Source of the DNA: Podarcis erhardii
Taxonomy: Eukaryota
Strand: one strand, 5' to 3'
Length of the DNA: 64,000 bases
NCBI GenBank assembly: GCA_964252035.1
Contig: OZ176209.1
Made by a program: the position numbers and the translations under genes. Below, piece by piece: positions 50,295 through 61,876 of the stretch. The stretch's first letter is position 1. The number at the start of each line of letters is the position of its first letter. A model generated the notes under the pieces. It was not told the DNA's origin. It ran no database searches and saw only the letters and a program-made list of their open reading frames with translations.

Positions 50295-50342
<48 letters not shown>

Positions 50343-50385
50343 ATAGGATGTCCCTATTTTCATTGGAGAAATGTTGGTAGGTGTG
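50011..50385. mobile_element. Composite of a short DNA element with a duplicated right end and an L2-type 3' tail with (ATT)n
   Basis: Ends CAGACCCTCCAA / TTGGAGGGTATG. The segment ggatgtccct.ttttcattggagaaatgttgg occurs twice, flanking ggaagctgcccagagtggctggggcaacc...gatgggcaggg and (ATT)n. Confidence 0.55.
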
Positions 50386-50860
50386 ATATGGGCTTCAATG
50401 CAATCTGAAAGCAAAAGGAGAGGGATTAATTTTACAACCTGTTATGCATAATGGGTTACCAGGAAAGAAAGATCACCTGATTTTTCAAAAGAGTTGCTGA
50501 TAATTTACACCATCCTCATTAGATGTACTAGTATTATTTATAATTTATAGTGCACCATCAATACCCATGACAAAGAAATTGCACCACCATAGCAAGTCAC
50601 TATCCCTTCCCTTGATGTGGACCTAAGCTCAGAACAATGCTGCACATATCTACTTAGTCCTACTGACTTCAATGTGACTTACTCCCAAGTAAGTAAGTCT
50701 AGGATAGCAGCCTCATTTCAACAGTTCTGGGTTGCTTTAAGCCTCCTCCCATACTTCATTTCCTCACAGAAGACTAGAGGGTTTTAAAAACAAATGAAAT
50801 AAATAAAATCCTGTTCTGACAGTGTTTGATTTAATAATGAACATTCATTAGCATACAATG

Positions 50861-51209
50861 CTGGGTTGGCAGGAGCTGGGACCAAACAATGGGAGCTCAC
50901 CCCATTGTGGAGATTCGAACCGCTGACCTTTCGATCAGCAAGCCCAAGCAGCACAGTGGTTTAACCCACAGCACCAACCTAGCAGTTCGAAAGCATGCCA
51001 GTGCAAGTAGATAAATAGGTACCGTTCTGGCGGGAAGCTAAACGACGTTTCTATGTCCTGCTCTGGTTTTGCCATGCTGGCCACATGATCTGGAAAAACT
51101 GTCTGTGGAAGCGGACAAACGTCAGCTCCCTCGGCCTGTAAAGCAAGGTGAGCGCTGCAACCCCAGAGTCATATGCGGGTGGACTTAATTGTCAGGGGTC
51201 CCTTTACCT
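50861..51209 (+). mobile_element. Sauria SINE with inverted 5' segment
   Basis: 50861-50979 is the SINE head in reverse; 50975-51209 is the body and ACCTTT tail in forward orientation. The whole unit is flanked by the 13-bp TSD ttagcatacaatg. Confidence 0.88.
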
Positions 51210-51729
51210 TTAGCATACAATGAGAATCAACATGGCAATTTCATAAAGGGAATCAACTATATCCCCTAGAGGACTAATGCTGCATACTCTGGCACCACCT
51301 ACAAGATCATGCAATTTTAAACAATGGAATGACTTTTCTCTCTCTGTGGCTTAAGTAGGCAAATTATTGGGTACAAAAAGGACCACTCATGCTCTTGAGG
51401 TTGTCTCTCAGAACAATTCATGATTCAGTCTATTATGCATTTCCGTTCCAGCTAATAGCCTTTGGATTCTCCTCTATTTTTATCTCAAATTTGGCACCTT
51501 AGCAGACAAGAGTGTTTTGCACCAAAGTCTTCTACACCTTTGCATTTCCCTCAAAATGCACAGTCTGTCCTTGCTATATTTTTAACAGGCTGGAAGTGGT
51601 CTGGCACTATTGATCCAGGGCGCAGTTTCATTTTCTCCCAAACAAAATTGAATTGTGACCAATAATGTTAGAAATGGGAAGAAATTTAAAGAGCAAAGTG
51701 TGAGGCTGCTTATTCTTACTGTTTTCTCC

Positions 51730-52300
51730 TAGGGATGGGGGAGAAATTTGATTCAGTTCACATTTAAAGTCCCATAATCTGAAACAATATATTAGCTGAA
51801 GCCCAACCATCCATTGAAATTCACATTTCTCTGAATTTTGCACTGCAGTTGTCTAGCCAAGTACAGCGGTACCTTGGGTTAAGAACTTAATTCATTCTGG
51901 AGGTCCGTTCTTAACCTGAAACTGTTCTTAACCAGAAGTACCACTTTAGCTAATGGGGCCTCCTGCTGCTACTGCCGCACCGCCGCCACCGAATTTCTGC
52001 TCTCATCCTGAAGCAAAGTTCTTAACCCAAGGTACTATTTCTGGGTTAGTGGAGTCTGTAACCTGAAGCACCTGTAATCTGAAGCATCTGTAACGCAAGG
52101 TACCACTGTAATGTGCACAAAAATGCATATAGGAGAGTAATATGCGCCCATAAATGCATATATTAGTACATTATGTTGGGGGAAATGAATTTTAATGGGG
52201 GAAATCATTTGCAAGAATGTGTGAGTTGGAAAATTGCATACAAAAATGTGTATATAACGAGAAATTGGCACTAAAATGCTATTGAATTTTCATGAAGAGG
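51730..52300. mobile_element. Old TAGGGATG-ended element interrupted by the Tigger-like MITE at 51864-52108
   Basis: TAGGGATGGGGGAGAAATTTGATTCAG start; homologous interior resumes after 52110. Confidence 0.5.
51864..52108. mobile_element. Tigger-like MITE
   Basis: TA-CAGCGGTACCTTGGGTTA ... CAAGGTACCACTG-TA. Confidence 0.9.
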
Positions 52301-53450
52301 TTTTTTTAGGGGGACAGGGTGCAAATCTCCGGTGATGTTAATCTTTGTCTGATAGACTGGTGAGGATTATAAAAAGGCTGCAATGCTTTGCATGCTTACC
52401 CAGGAGTACCATTGAGCCAGAGTTAACAGGATATTTAAGAAGTGGATGTTGGTGAGCATAGAGGTACCTGCAGATGACACACTTGTGACCCCTGCTACAC
52501 ATTTATAAGAGCAGTCTATGCCAAACAGTATGGCAATATTCAGTGATGAGTTCTCATTATGCCTATAAGGAGCAATATGCATGTTTTGTAATGAAGATAG
52601 TAAATAAATGCCTCTGGATGAGCACAACTGAGCTTCACAAGCCACATGCTCCCTCAACTGTGCATCTTTAGCCTGTACCTCACTTGATGGCTTGATAGAT
52701 TAAAGCAAGGCTAAGATCAAGTGCACTGCCTGCTTGATCTAAAGTAGAAGGTTGAGTGTGACATATAAGGAAGCAGCCTGGGAAAGAAGCAAATAAACAA
52801 CAATAAAAAATATCAGTTGAATCAGCTGTGAATTTGGAATCCATAGACAACAGTGCAGTCCTAATAAAGGTTTGAGTCCTGCTGTAGAACCAGTGCTAGG
52901 AATACTGCACTCAGTAGGTATTTACTGGTGTCTGTATGGTGGCAGCAAACACTTTGGAAAGACATTACTTGTGAAAGGAGCAGTGCGCTTGGCCACCACA
53001 AGTTCTCAGGAAGCTGCAATGTAGCCTGCTTGGTTGATCAGTGGTGGTGAACAAAGCAGAGAAATTGAAATAGAGAGTTTCACCAATCCCTCTCACTGAG
53101 GAAACATACCCATCTGGCTAAAATGTTGCTTCACCATACCCACAACTCTATCCTAGGTATGGTGGTATATGAGTCACACTGACTGGAAAAAAATTATGCA
53201 AACATAATGGGGTTTGTTGTAATTTGATCATAGCTAGCCAGTGCAACTCATGAACAGAATTGCATTGTCATTTGCTTAACACTATGCCCAGCTATGACTG
53301 CAATTTTAAATTCACTTATCTGGGAGAATGTCTCAGTGAAGTCAATCGGCTTGACTTCTGAGTAGATAAGGACCTCTGCTACAGTGTTCTGCATTTTGAG
53401 CTTTCAACTTTGGTCCGTGCATTTTTAAGTGCAAAGATTTTGCTTCAATT

Positions 53451-53692
53451 CACTGGCGGAGGAAGAGGAGTGGGGGGGAGCGCACTGCCCCCGGCAGCAC
53501 GATCCCGGCAGGGTGCCATCACAGCTGCCCTCCTCGCCCACGCTGGGCACCACGTCCCCCCAGGCAGCGTGCCCCGCCCCCAGGCCGTGCACTATGCCCC
53601 TGCGGGCAGCGTGTCCCACCCCCAGAATGCGCATCAGCCCCGCCCCGCCTGCTTTCCGCCCCCCAGTGCCGGAGCATGAAGCTCCATCACTG
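53451..53692. mobile_element. hAT-type MITE, 242 bp, GC-rich
   Basis: Ends CACTGGCGGAG / CTCCATCACTG; 8-bp TSD cttcaatt / catcaatt with one mismatch. Confidence 0.8.
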
Positions 53693-56600
53693 CATCAATT
53701 TATCTTGGGCATATTCAAAGGTTTGACCTGAAGAGGTCATGATAATACAAACCAACCATACAGTGGCCTTGATCTTCTCTAATTGCAAGGATGAAACATG
53801 AAATTTCAATCATGCCTTACAGGTGAACAACAATGCCCCACAATGACATCCCTGTAATCACGCCTTCCCCAATCTGTCAGCCTCAAAAGCTGCCAGTAAA
53901 ATCACAGTATAGCTACAATCCCATCCAGATGCATAAGCACACACTTCTGATTCAAGCAGAACTCTTGTTGCTACACAATTGCAGACATGTGTGAGCCTGA
54001 GCATCTTAATAGGTTGGAAACTCTGTGGAGTCGCACAGTGTTCTTTTGGCAAGGTGGGGGGCAGTGGGCGGGGGTGAAGAGCTCAGACATGCCACTTGCC
54101 AGCATACTACATAGACTTTCTGACGACAATGCCCAAACAGATCTTTGCTAGTCTAGATGACAAAATGGGATCTCGAAAGATGAAGCCAAATCAGCAATTG
54201 TGTTCCCAGGCGCAGTGGGCTGGGTTGTTGGATTGGGGTGTTATAACAACAGGACTAATATAATGGGATCAAATTGGTGACAACTTTATTGATTACAGAT
54301 GTCAGTATGTTTGGCAAAGTCATTGGGTGTGTATCCTGAATCAACCAGCTTGTTTGCTTGAGGGTTGATCCTGGGTTTTTGGATCACCCTATGATGAGCA
54401 CCACGTATGGGCAATCTCTCCAGGATGCCATTTTGGGGAGTTCTATGACCTGATAGTCCCTGTCTGAGCACTGGACGGAATCTTCTCCCTGTACCCTTTT
54501 AATTTGGTACCTGATCCACAGACGGAGGAAATGGGGGTGGGGTTACAACCCACCTTCTTGAGAAGACTAAGGATCCTACCCCATGCCCTTTTCTGCTAGC
54601 AAGTTGTGACTATTGCAGACAAGCCCAGTTTTGTCTGCAGGGAAATTCCTCCATGGCACTGAATATGGTGACCAAGTAATTCCATAGCAAATACTTTCAA
54701 ACAAACTGCCCGTTTCCTTCAAGAAGGGCCAGAATTTGGGTAGGATAAGGGACATCCATTTGCTGACTGCACTGCCCGGTGCAAAGCAAAATCAGTTTTT
54801 ATGGATAGGAGGTGGAGTTGTTTGAAGCCAGACAAGGAAAGGCTTCATTCAGGTCCACCTTGAGTGACTTGCCCCAAATTGGCATGTGATCAGGCCTTTC
54901 AAATTTACAGGTGGCCTGCAATTGGCCAAAAAAAGTTTTGACCTTTACAGGCCTCTCATGCAGCCAATGGAGGAAACACATTATTCAGCAGTCACACGAG
55001 AGCCAAGGATGCCCCCGTCCCCACCCACCCTGCCATGTTTTTGATCCCATCAGGCCTCAATTGTTGCCACTTGTCAAAATGGTAAGTGGGCTTTCTGGCA
55101 CAATTAGAATAAGGTAGTTGGTACATCTCTCCTGTAGTGAATCAGGAGTTTGAAGGGACCCAAAGGATCATCAGAAGTGCTTTTCATTCACTTCCAGCTT
55201 TGCATTCATAAGAACAGCACTGCTAGATCAGGAGAGTGGTCCACCTTGTCCAGCATCCTATTCTCAACCAGAAGCCTGCAAGCAGGGCCTGGTCTAAACC
55301 ATCCATTGAGAAAGCTTCCATCTAGGTAAGTCCTGAATCTCAACTGGTTAAGAATGGGGAACCTGCAGAAGCAAGGGAAGATGGCATGATGGTGGTACTA
55401 AGCAGTTAGAGCAGGACATGAATCCTGTACTCCAGAATCTCAAAGTTATTTGGTGGGAAAGGAAAATGCACAAGCAATTAGGCAAAGCTCACAATGATAT
55501 AGTTGGTACTGCAAAGTCCAGAGGGCTGGTTGAAGTGGGAGGAAGCTGGAACATCCAGAAATCCTTTTGCTTGGGAAGTCAAAATACCTGGCACTGCCAG
55601 AAATGAGTAAGATTTGCTTTGGCAGGACAGTCTGAAGATCAGAGCTTTACTTTCATCATGTTAGGGGTTGTTGTTTTGTTTTCAAAGCAGTGTCACACAT
55701 CTCCCAAATGATTCATCCAGTAATTGATTAATACCTGTTTGGAAACCACTGAAAATTTAGAGTTGTTTGCTAAATAACATTTTTGCAAAATTATGATTTA
55801 TTGTTTCATGACTTGTAAGTTGGGAAGGGTGATTAGTCATGGCATCCACATGCCATTTCTTGAATGCTTTTGATTAGATCTATTAACTCTGCTGTTTTTA
55901 CAGTACAATTCCTATGCATGCTGAGTCTTAAGTAAGTCTCACTGTGTCCAACAGCATTTACTCCCTGGTGTGTATGTTTATAGGAGTGAAGTCTGAAAAT
56001 AAAACAATGATTTTTTAAAAAAATGTAATATGTGATCATAGTCTTGTGCCCTGGTTTTAACTCCTTACCTAGTTGGGGAAAGTTTCAGATCCTTCAAATA
56101 CCCATAAGTGGATATATTGCACAATGTCAGATTTACGGGGGAGATGTCCCAGCCTGTTTGAAACTGACAGTAACAGATTGGACAGATCACAAATTCTCAC
56201 CAGTGACCACAGCCTGCTAGGAACTCTATGAAACACTGTGAACTAATTTTTATATACAGGCTCTGCATATCAACTGATAAAGAGACATGCATATTTTGCC
56301 TTTGCTTTAATAGTAAGTTATACCAGGTATAACCATACATAATAACAGTCATCAAACTAAATCAGTCTGGTTCTTTGCAAATATGGCATGCTGCAAACAA
56401 AATAATTAGCATGTGTGCACAGATGAAAGTACATGTCTCTTGCTACTTATTGAAATAACCATTGTCATTCTGCAGTGTGCTATCATCAGGCTTGCAAACC
56501 CCACCTGCCTGTTGAGAAGGGATTGCTCCTTCAGGCTGCAATCCTATATAAATGTACCTAGAGTAAGTCCTACTGTACTAAATGGGGCTCACTTCTGAGG

Positions 56601-56969
56601 ACACATACATATAATTACACTGTTAGACTGCCTTCACACCATTCATTTATTAAGTCTGCTCATCTTCTGTGGTGGTGGTAGTGCAACCAGGCCACAGGCC
56701 AGGCCAGTGATCTGACAAATGGCAGGCCAGATCATCCAGCTGCTGGCAATTGGCCAATCCTAGCAGGCTTCAGACAGGTGTTCCCTGGGATTGGCCCAAC
56801 TGACCAATGAGCGGCGCTTGGGCCCGCTCCCAGCTCTCTTCCTCAGATCTCCCTCGCCTCCCTTATGTTCACAAAAACAATGGCCCAAAGTTTCCTTTGC
56901 CAAATTGCTAATTACTTTTTCTGGAATCCATACTGCTAATGTGGGGAACAAGCATGGATGGGCAGAACA

Positions 56970-57116
56970 TTTTTTTGTAGCCACAAACATGAAAAACAAA
57001 CCTGTTTGAAATTCACCAGAAATCATTTAGATGGTTCTCAAGTAATGTTCATTTACTAAATGATTTCTGGTGAATTTCAAACAGGTTTGTTTTTCATGTT
57101 TGTGGCTACAAAAAAA
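56970..57116. repeat. Perfect inverted repeat with 61-bp arms and a 25-bp spacer
   Basis: 56970-57030 is the exact reverse complement of 57056-57116 (checked base by base). Confidence 0.95.
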
Positions 57117-57139
57117 ATGTATTTATGTAAATGACATAT

Positions 57140-57290
57140 TTCCTCACGGTGAAACATAACATCCAAATGAGCTGAGGCTTGTCTTTGCTCTAAAGGAGGC
57201 ACATGAAAGCAGAACATTTCAGACTTCTTATAATTTGCCTTTAGCCCTGAAACTATATGAAAAGAGTCCAATTCATTACAGATTTTATAG
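57140..57290 (-). mobile_element. Possible old L1/Tx1 RT fragment
   Basis: LDSFHIVSGLKANYKKSEMF resembles the F...SGLKIN..KSE motif after the RT core; support is short. Confidence 0.4.
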
Positions 57291-58557
57291 CTGTTGTCAA
57301 AGCGTTTACCACCATGAATGTTGAATTATCCTCACAGAAGCGCTGTTTATGGATTGGTTATATCTAAAATGCTTCCAATATGGTCAGCAGTTTGGTGGTT
57401 GGGAATCAACCAGATTTATCAAGATTCATTTAGGTAATTCTTTATTTATTCCACACATTTAAAACCTCAACCGCCACTTTTATTTGCTAATTGCTTTATT
57501 ATGGTACTTTTATCGTCATTTTAATTTTGTCAACTGTCCTGGAACCAATTTTGGTAAAGAGTGGTATATAAATATTTTATACAAACAAGGAATAAAAACA
57601 AACATCCGGTCGAGGAGAGAACTAGGTGCATATTTCAAAGAAAGTTCATTCGCCATAATAGTCTCACAGGGATGCCAACACCCGGCCTTAAAGGGTTTTT
57701 TGTACCTATAATCGCTAGATGGAAGAGACATCCTGGAGCACTGTAATGGGGAAATATATACTTAGTAAAAAAAACAACTTCCTGTCAGACAACTATCAGA
57801 AGCACAGGAACCCTGAGTCAGGAGGTGGCACCTATAACAGGCATCACCAACTTGAAGTTTGAGGGCCCTAAGCGCATTCTTCTGACTCTGTGGTGCCCTT
57901 CAGATATTTTGAACTCCAACTCCCATAACCACCAGCTGCAAAACTGGGTTCCATTTAGAACATGTGGACTGGTTACCAGTTCATTTCTGGGCCCAATCCA
58001 AGGCAAACAAGTTAGGCACCAAACATTTGAAAGAACACCTCCATCCCTACAGATCCTCTCAGGTGTGGGAATCGAAGGCTGTGGCTGTGGGAGAAGAAAG
58101 ACCCTCTTGGGGTGTTAATGCTGTAATCCTCTCTATCATAGGTTCAAGTTGTATATATGTGTAATTAAACCATATCTCCCAAAGATTCCACTGTCTCTCA
58201 TTCTGAAGGAAAGATGAACCCTGGGTAAATGCCTGGAACTCCTGGAATCTCACACTGCTCAAAGATATGGGTGGCATGCAACAATAGCAATAATAGTTGT
58301 TGTTGCTGTTGTGGTTTATTACATTTGCACCTCTGTTTTACACATTGTTCCCTTTGAGTTGCCACCTGCTTAACTTAGTGCTGCTGTTGCAGCAACTACT
58401 CTAAAACTATCAACTATCTCCTCATTTTTGTGCCATTTTAAATATTCCAGACTCACTCTTTGAAGTTTAAATTTCTTTTCTTTTCTTCTTGCTTCTTTGG
58501 CTTTGACCACTGGAGTTGACCTCTAACTATACTTCCCAGTTTTGGAAATACCCTATA

Positions 58558-58806
58558 CAGTGGTAACTCGGGTTATGAACTTAATTCATTCTGGAGGTCC
58601 GTTCTTAACCCGGAACCATTCTTAACCTGAGGCACACTTTTACACTTTTACTAATGGGACCTCCTGCTGTCGCCGCACCGCCAGCATGCGATTTCCATTC
58701 TCATCCTGGGGCAAAATTCTCAACCTGAGGTACTACTTCCTGGTTAGCAGAGTTTGTCACCTGAAGCGTTTGTAACCCGAAGCGTTTGTAACCCTCGGTA
58801 CCACTG
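58558..58806. mobile_element. Tigger-like MITE
   Basis: TA-CAGTGGTAACTCGGGTTA ... CCTCGGTACCACTG-TA. Confidence 0.9.
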
Positions 58807-58970
58807 TATCTGTGGCTTGGACATGAAGTTTAAGAGCAAAAGAGGTAACTTTTTGTGATTGGTATATCCGTTAATATGCCATGGCTTTGAGCCTCTGGCA
58901 CTGCTGATCAAGTGGGATGGGCTCAGAGCTGGAATATTCCGAACTTTGTTTGTAAATTCTTGCTATGCAA

Positions 58971-59741
58971 CAGCGGCGTAGCGTGGGTTATCAGCACCCG
59001 GGGCAAGGCAAGTAATTTGCGCCCCCTAACCCGGGGCAAGGCAAGTAATTTGCGCCCCCCAACCCGGGGCATGGCAAGTACAGTAATTTACTATCCCAAG
59101 CAGCAGCAGCAGCGGGGCTTCTCTTTCCCCCGCGCTCTCCTGGAGCTGCCTCTTTTCTTTCCTTTTTTCCCTTTCTCCAAGGCTTTTCGCTTTCTCTCCT
59201 TAATTGATTCCCCCTCCACACCGTGGCGTTTCCTGGCTGCTTCCCCCCCCTTCCCCTCTCTCTCCTCCTCGCTCTGCTTGCCTTGCCCTGCCCTGCCCTG
59301 CCTGAGGGCGCCCTGAGGAGACTCCGCTCTCCTTTTTGACCAGGCGAGGTGGAAAAAAGGGGGGAAAGTCTCTTCCTGCCCCCTCGCCAGACTCCCTGCT
59401 CGGCTCGGCTCACTACCCAGGCGGCCAGTGGAGAGAGAGCCGCAATTACCATAAAGCTCCTCTCCCTCCGCTTCGCCAAGCTGTCAAAGCCTGGCAGCAG
59501 CAGGCGCAGCCAGACCCCCGCCAGCCAGCCAGCCCGCCTGCCCGGCTTCCTCTCCTTTTTTTGCCCGCGGCAGAAGGCTTCGCTCTCCCCCTTCCGCGAC
59601 CTCCTCGCCAAGCCGAGCGAGTGCGGGCTCCCTAACCCGTGGATTTTAGTAGGGGCAGAGAGCTGCTAGTGCGACGTTGCCCCCGCCCATGTTGCGCCCA
59701 GTGCGGCCGGCCCCCCTGGCACCCCCCACGCTATGCCACTG
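58971..59741. mobile_element. hAT-type non-autonomous element, 771 bp, with CpG-rich interior
   Basis: 17-bp TIRs CAGCGGCGTAGCGTGGG / CCCACGCTATGCCACTG; 8-bp TSD ctatgcaa (58963-58970) / ctatgcga (59742-59749); subterminal 33-bp tandem repeat. Confidence 0.88.
58997..59080. repeat. 33-bp tandem repeat (about 2.6 units) inside the hAT element
   Basis: Unit acccggggcaaggcaagtaatttgcgccccc(t/c)a. It explains the LPCPGLGGANY repeat in ORF 58991..59611. Confidence 0.9.
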
Positions 59742-59834
59742 CTATGCGATACCCAAATAGTTTTACTCTCCTCTCCTCTTTTGAACCTAAAGGAGATTAT
59801 TCATGGCAATTAGCTAGAATTGTTCCATTGAATA

Positions 59835-60290
59835 CCGTATTTTCACCCTATAGGACGCACCAGCCCATAGGACGCACCTAGATTTGGGGGGGGGGGATAA
59901 AGGGGATTTTTTTTTTCCCCAGGCACGGGGCTGGGGTGGGGGAAGCCTGAGCTTCCCCCAACCCCAGCCCCCAGAACGGGTCCCAGAAAGGGTCCTCTGG
60001 GAGCTTGCGGGGCTGGGGGCGAGGGAAGCCCGAGCTTCCCCCAACCCCAGCCCCCAGAACGGGAGCCAGAGCGATGCCGAAGCTGTGCGCAGCTTCAGCA
60101 TAGCTCTGGGAGCTTGCAGGGCTGGGGGGATAGCTTCCTGAAGCCTGGAGAGTGAGAAGGGTCGGTGCGCACTGACCCCTCTCACTCTCCAGGCTTCAGC
60201 AAAAGCCTGCATTCACCCCATAGGATGCACACACATTTCCCCTTCATTTCTGGAGGGGGAAAAGTGTGTCCTATAGGGCGAAAAATACAG
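59835..60290. mobile_element. Tc1/mariner Tc2-like MITE, 456 bp
   Basis: TA-CCGTATTTTCACCCTATAGGACGCAC ... GTGTGTCCTATAGGGCGAAAAATACAG-TA, with internal GC-rich hairpins and duplications. Confidence 0.85.
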
Positions 60291-60933
60291 TAACTGAAAA
60301 TTTGAATGGATCCACAGGGCAATATATGAGCTGCTCAAGTTGTGGACTTCTGTGCTCAGTATCAAGTTCACAGTTTTTGCTGAATTACAGAAGCAGCACC
60401 TCCATCAGTACAAATGTTGGGCAAGATCACAGCCATTTGGAGTGACATCTCTCCCAAACGGACATAATCATACCCCCGATTGGTGTTGATGGCAGGGCAC
60501 CTGTGGGCCTGCCCACTCCGGGGTGTGTGTGTGTGCTTCTGCCACCTGAAGCAGTGGCCTCACCCTGCCTAATGCCTGGGGCAGCTCCCACATTCGTGGT
60601 GGCTTTACACTGGAAAGTCTATACACCACTCCACTTTATTCCTTGTTATGTGATCCTTTCCCCAAAGTTACTGCCCCATTGTCATCTGGAGGGGCACTCT
60701 TGCACTATTGCACAACAAAAGTGAGACCAAAACTCCTGGAATGTTTGTGGTATAAAAAATTACAGGATTTCAGCTGGAAGCTGAACAGGGCATGCACTGA
60801 CTGGGAATGAAAGCAGTATGTCCTCTCTGAAACTTTTGCAGGTACAAATAGTCTTGAACGCATCAAACCACCCCAGTACTATCATGACTGCAAATTATCA
60901 TGAATGCACAATATATTGGCATCCAGAAGGGCC

Positions 60934-61126
60934 CATAGGAAGCTGTCTTATCTTAAGTTAAAAAAAACCCATTGGTCCATCTAGTTCAATATCGTCCACA
61001 CTGACTGGCAGCAGTTATTCAGGGTATCGGACAGGCTACATTCCCAGCCCTGCCTGGAGATGCCAGGGATTGAATCTGAGACCTTCTACATGCAAAACAG
61101 ATGTTCTGCTTCTGGGCCACAGCCCT
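60934..61126 (-). mobile_element. tRNA-derived SINE (Squam2-like)
   Basis: Reverse complement head agggctgtggcccagaagcagaacatctgttttgcatgtagaaggtctcagattcaatccctggcatctccagg; tail ggcagcttcctatg-like. Confidence 0.75.
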
Positions 61127-61711
61127 CCTTCAAAAGCTAGAAATCTTGAGCTGGACATGTGTTAAATAGATTGACTGTACCTTGGTCCCAACACAGGTTT
61201 ACTCCAACCTAGGAGCTTGGTTAAGACTACTTTGGGTATTTATGTCAGGAACGAGATTGAGATCACAGATTTCCTCATTTGTAGTGCAGCTTCTTAGACA
61301 CCACGCTACACCGCTTTCTGTTCTGCAGTAGTAATTGGCTAATTGTACAAATGTCAGATAAGCCGTAGCTGTCATAATGTTACCTTTTATCTTTGTAATA
61401 AGAGAAACCTAGGACCATAATGTAAAACTGCCTGTTGAAACAATCTGCCTATAATATTGTAAGTCAGACAAAGAAAGAGGGGAAAGGGAGGGGGAAGTAA
61501 GTTAATGTGTATTGGAGAAATTCCCAGCTGCGGAATGAGGTTTCTGTGTCAAGAAAAGACTGGCAGGCATTTCAGGTGGTTGAGAAATATTTGCCACCAT
61601 TGAATGGTGCGGAAATTCCCTCCGGTTGAATTAAACCCCAGTTTTGAGGTATCAGTAGAAAGCTTTCTATGGAGATATGAAACAAGGACAACTGTGCAAT
61701 TGCCAAGTTTA

Positions 61712-61876
61712 NNNNNNNNNNNNNNNNNNNNNNNNNNNNNNNNNNNNNNNNNNNNNNNNNNNNNNNNNNNNNNNNNNNNNNNNNNNNNNNNNNNNNNNNN
61801 NNNNNNNNNNNNNNNNNNNNNNNNNNNNNNNNNNNNNNNNNNNNNNNNNNNNNNNNNNNNNNNNNNNNNNNNNNNN
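61712..61876. other. Assembly gap (165 N)
   Basis: Run of N characters. Confidence 1.

Noticed and set aside
54239-54920. Possible solo LTR (TGT start, reverse AATAAA, CpG-bearing interior)
   Set aside because: No matching terminal dinucleotide with a TSD could be defined, so the support is too weak.
58997-59080. CRISPR-like array
   Set aside because: The genome is eukaryotic and the 33-bp units are head-to-tail without unique spacers; this is a subterminal transposon repeat.
58950-59750. GC-rich island as the native RASSF9 promoter, or ORFs 58991..59611 and 59349..59669 as genes
   Set aside because: The island is bounded by TIRs and an 8-bp TSD, no RASSF9-like coding sequence is present, and the ORFs are low-complexity products of GC-rich repeat DNA.
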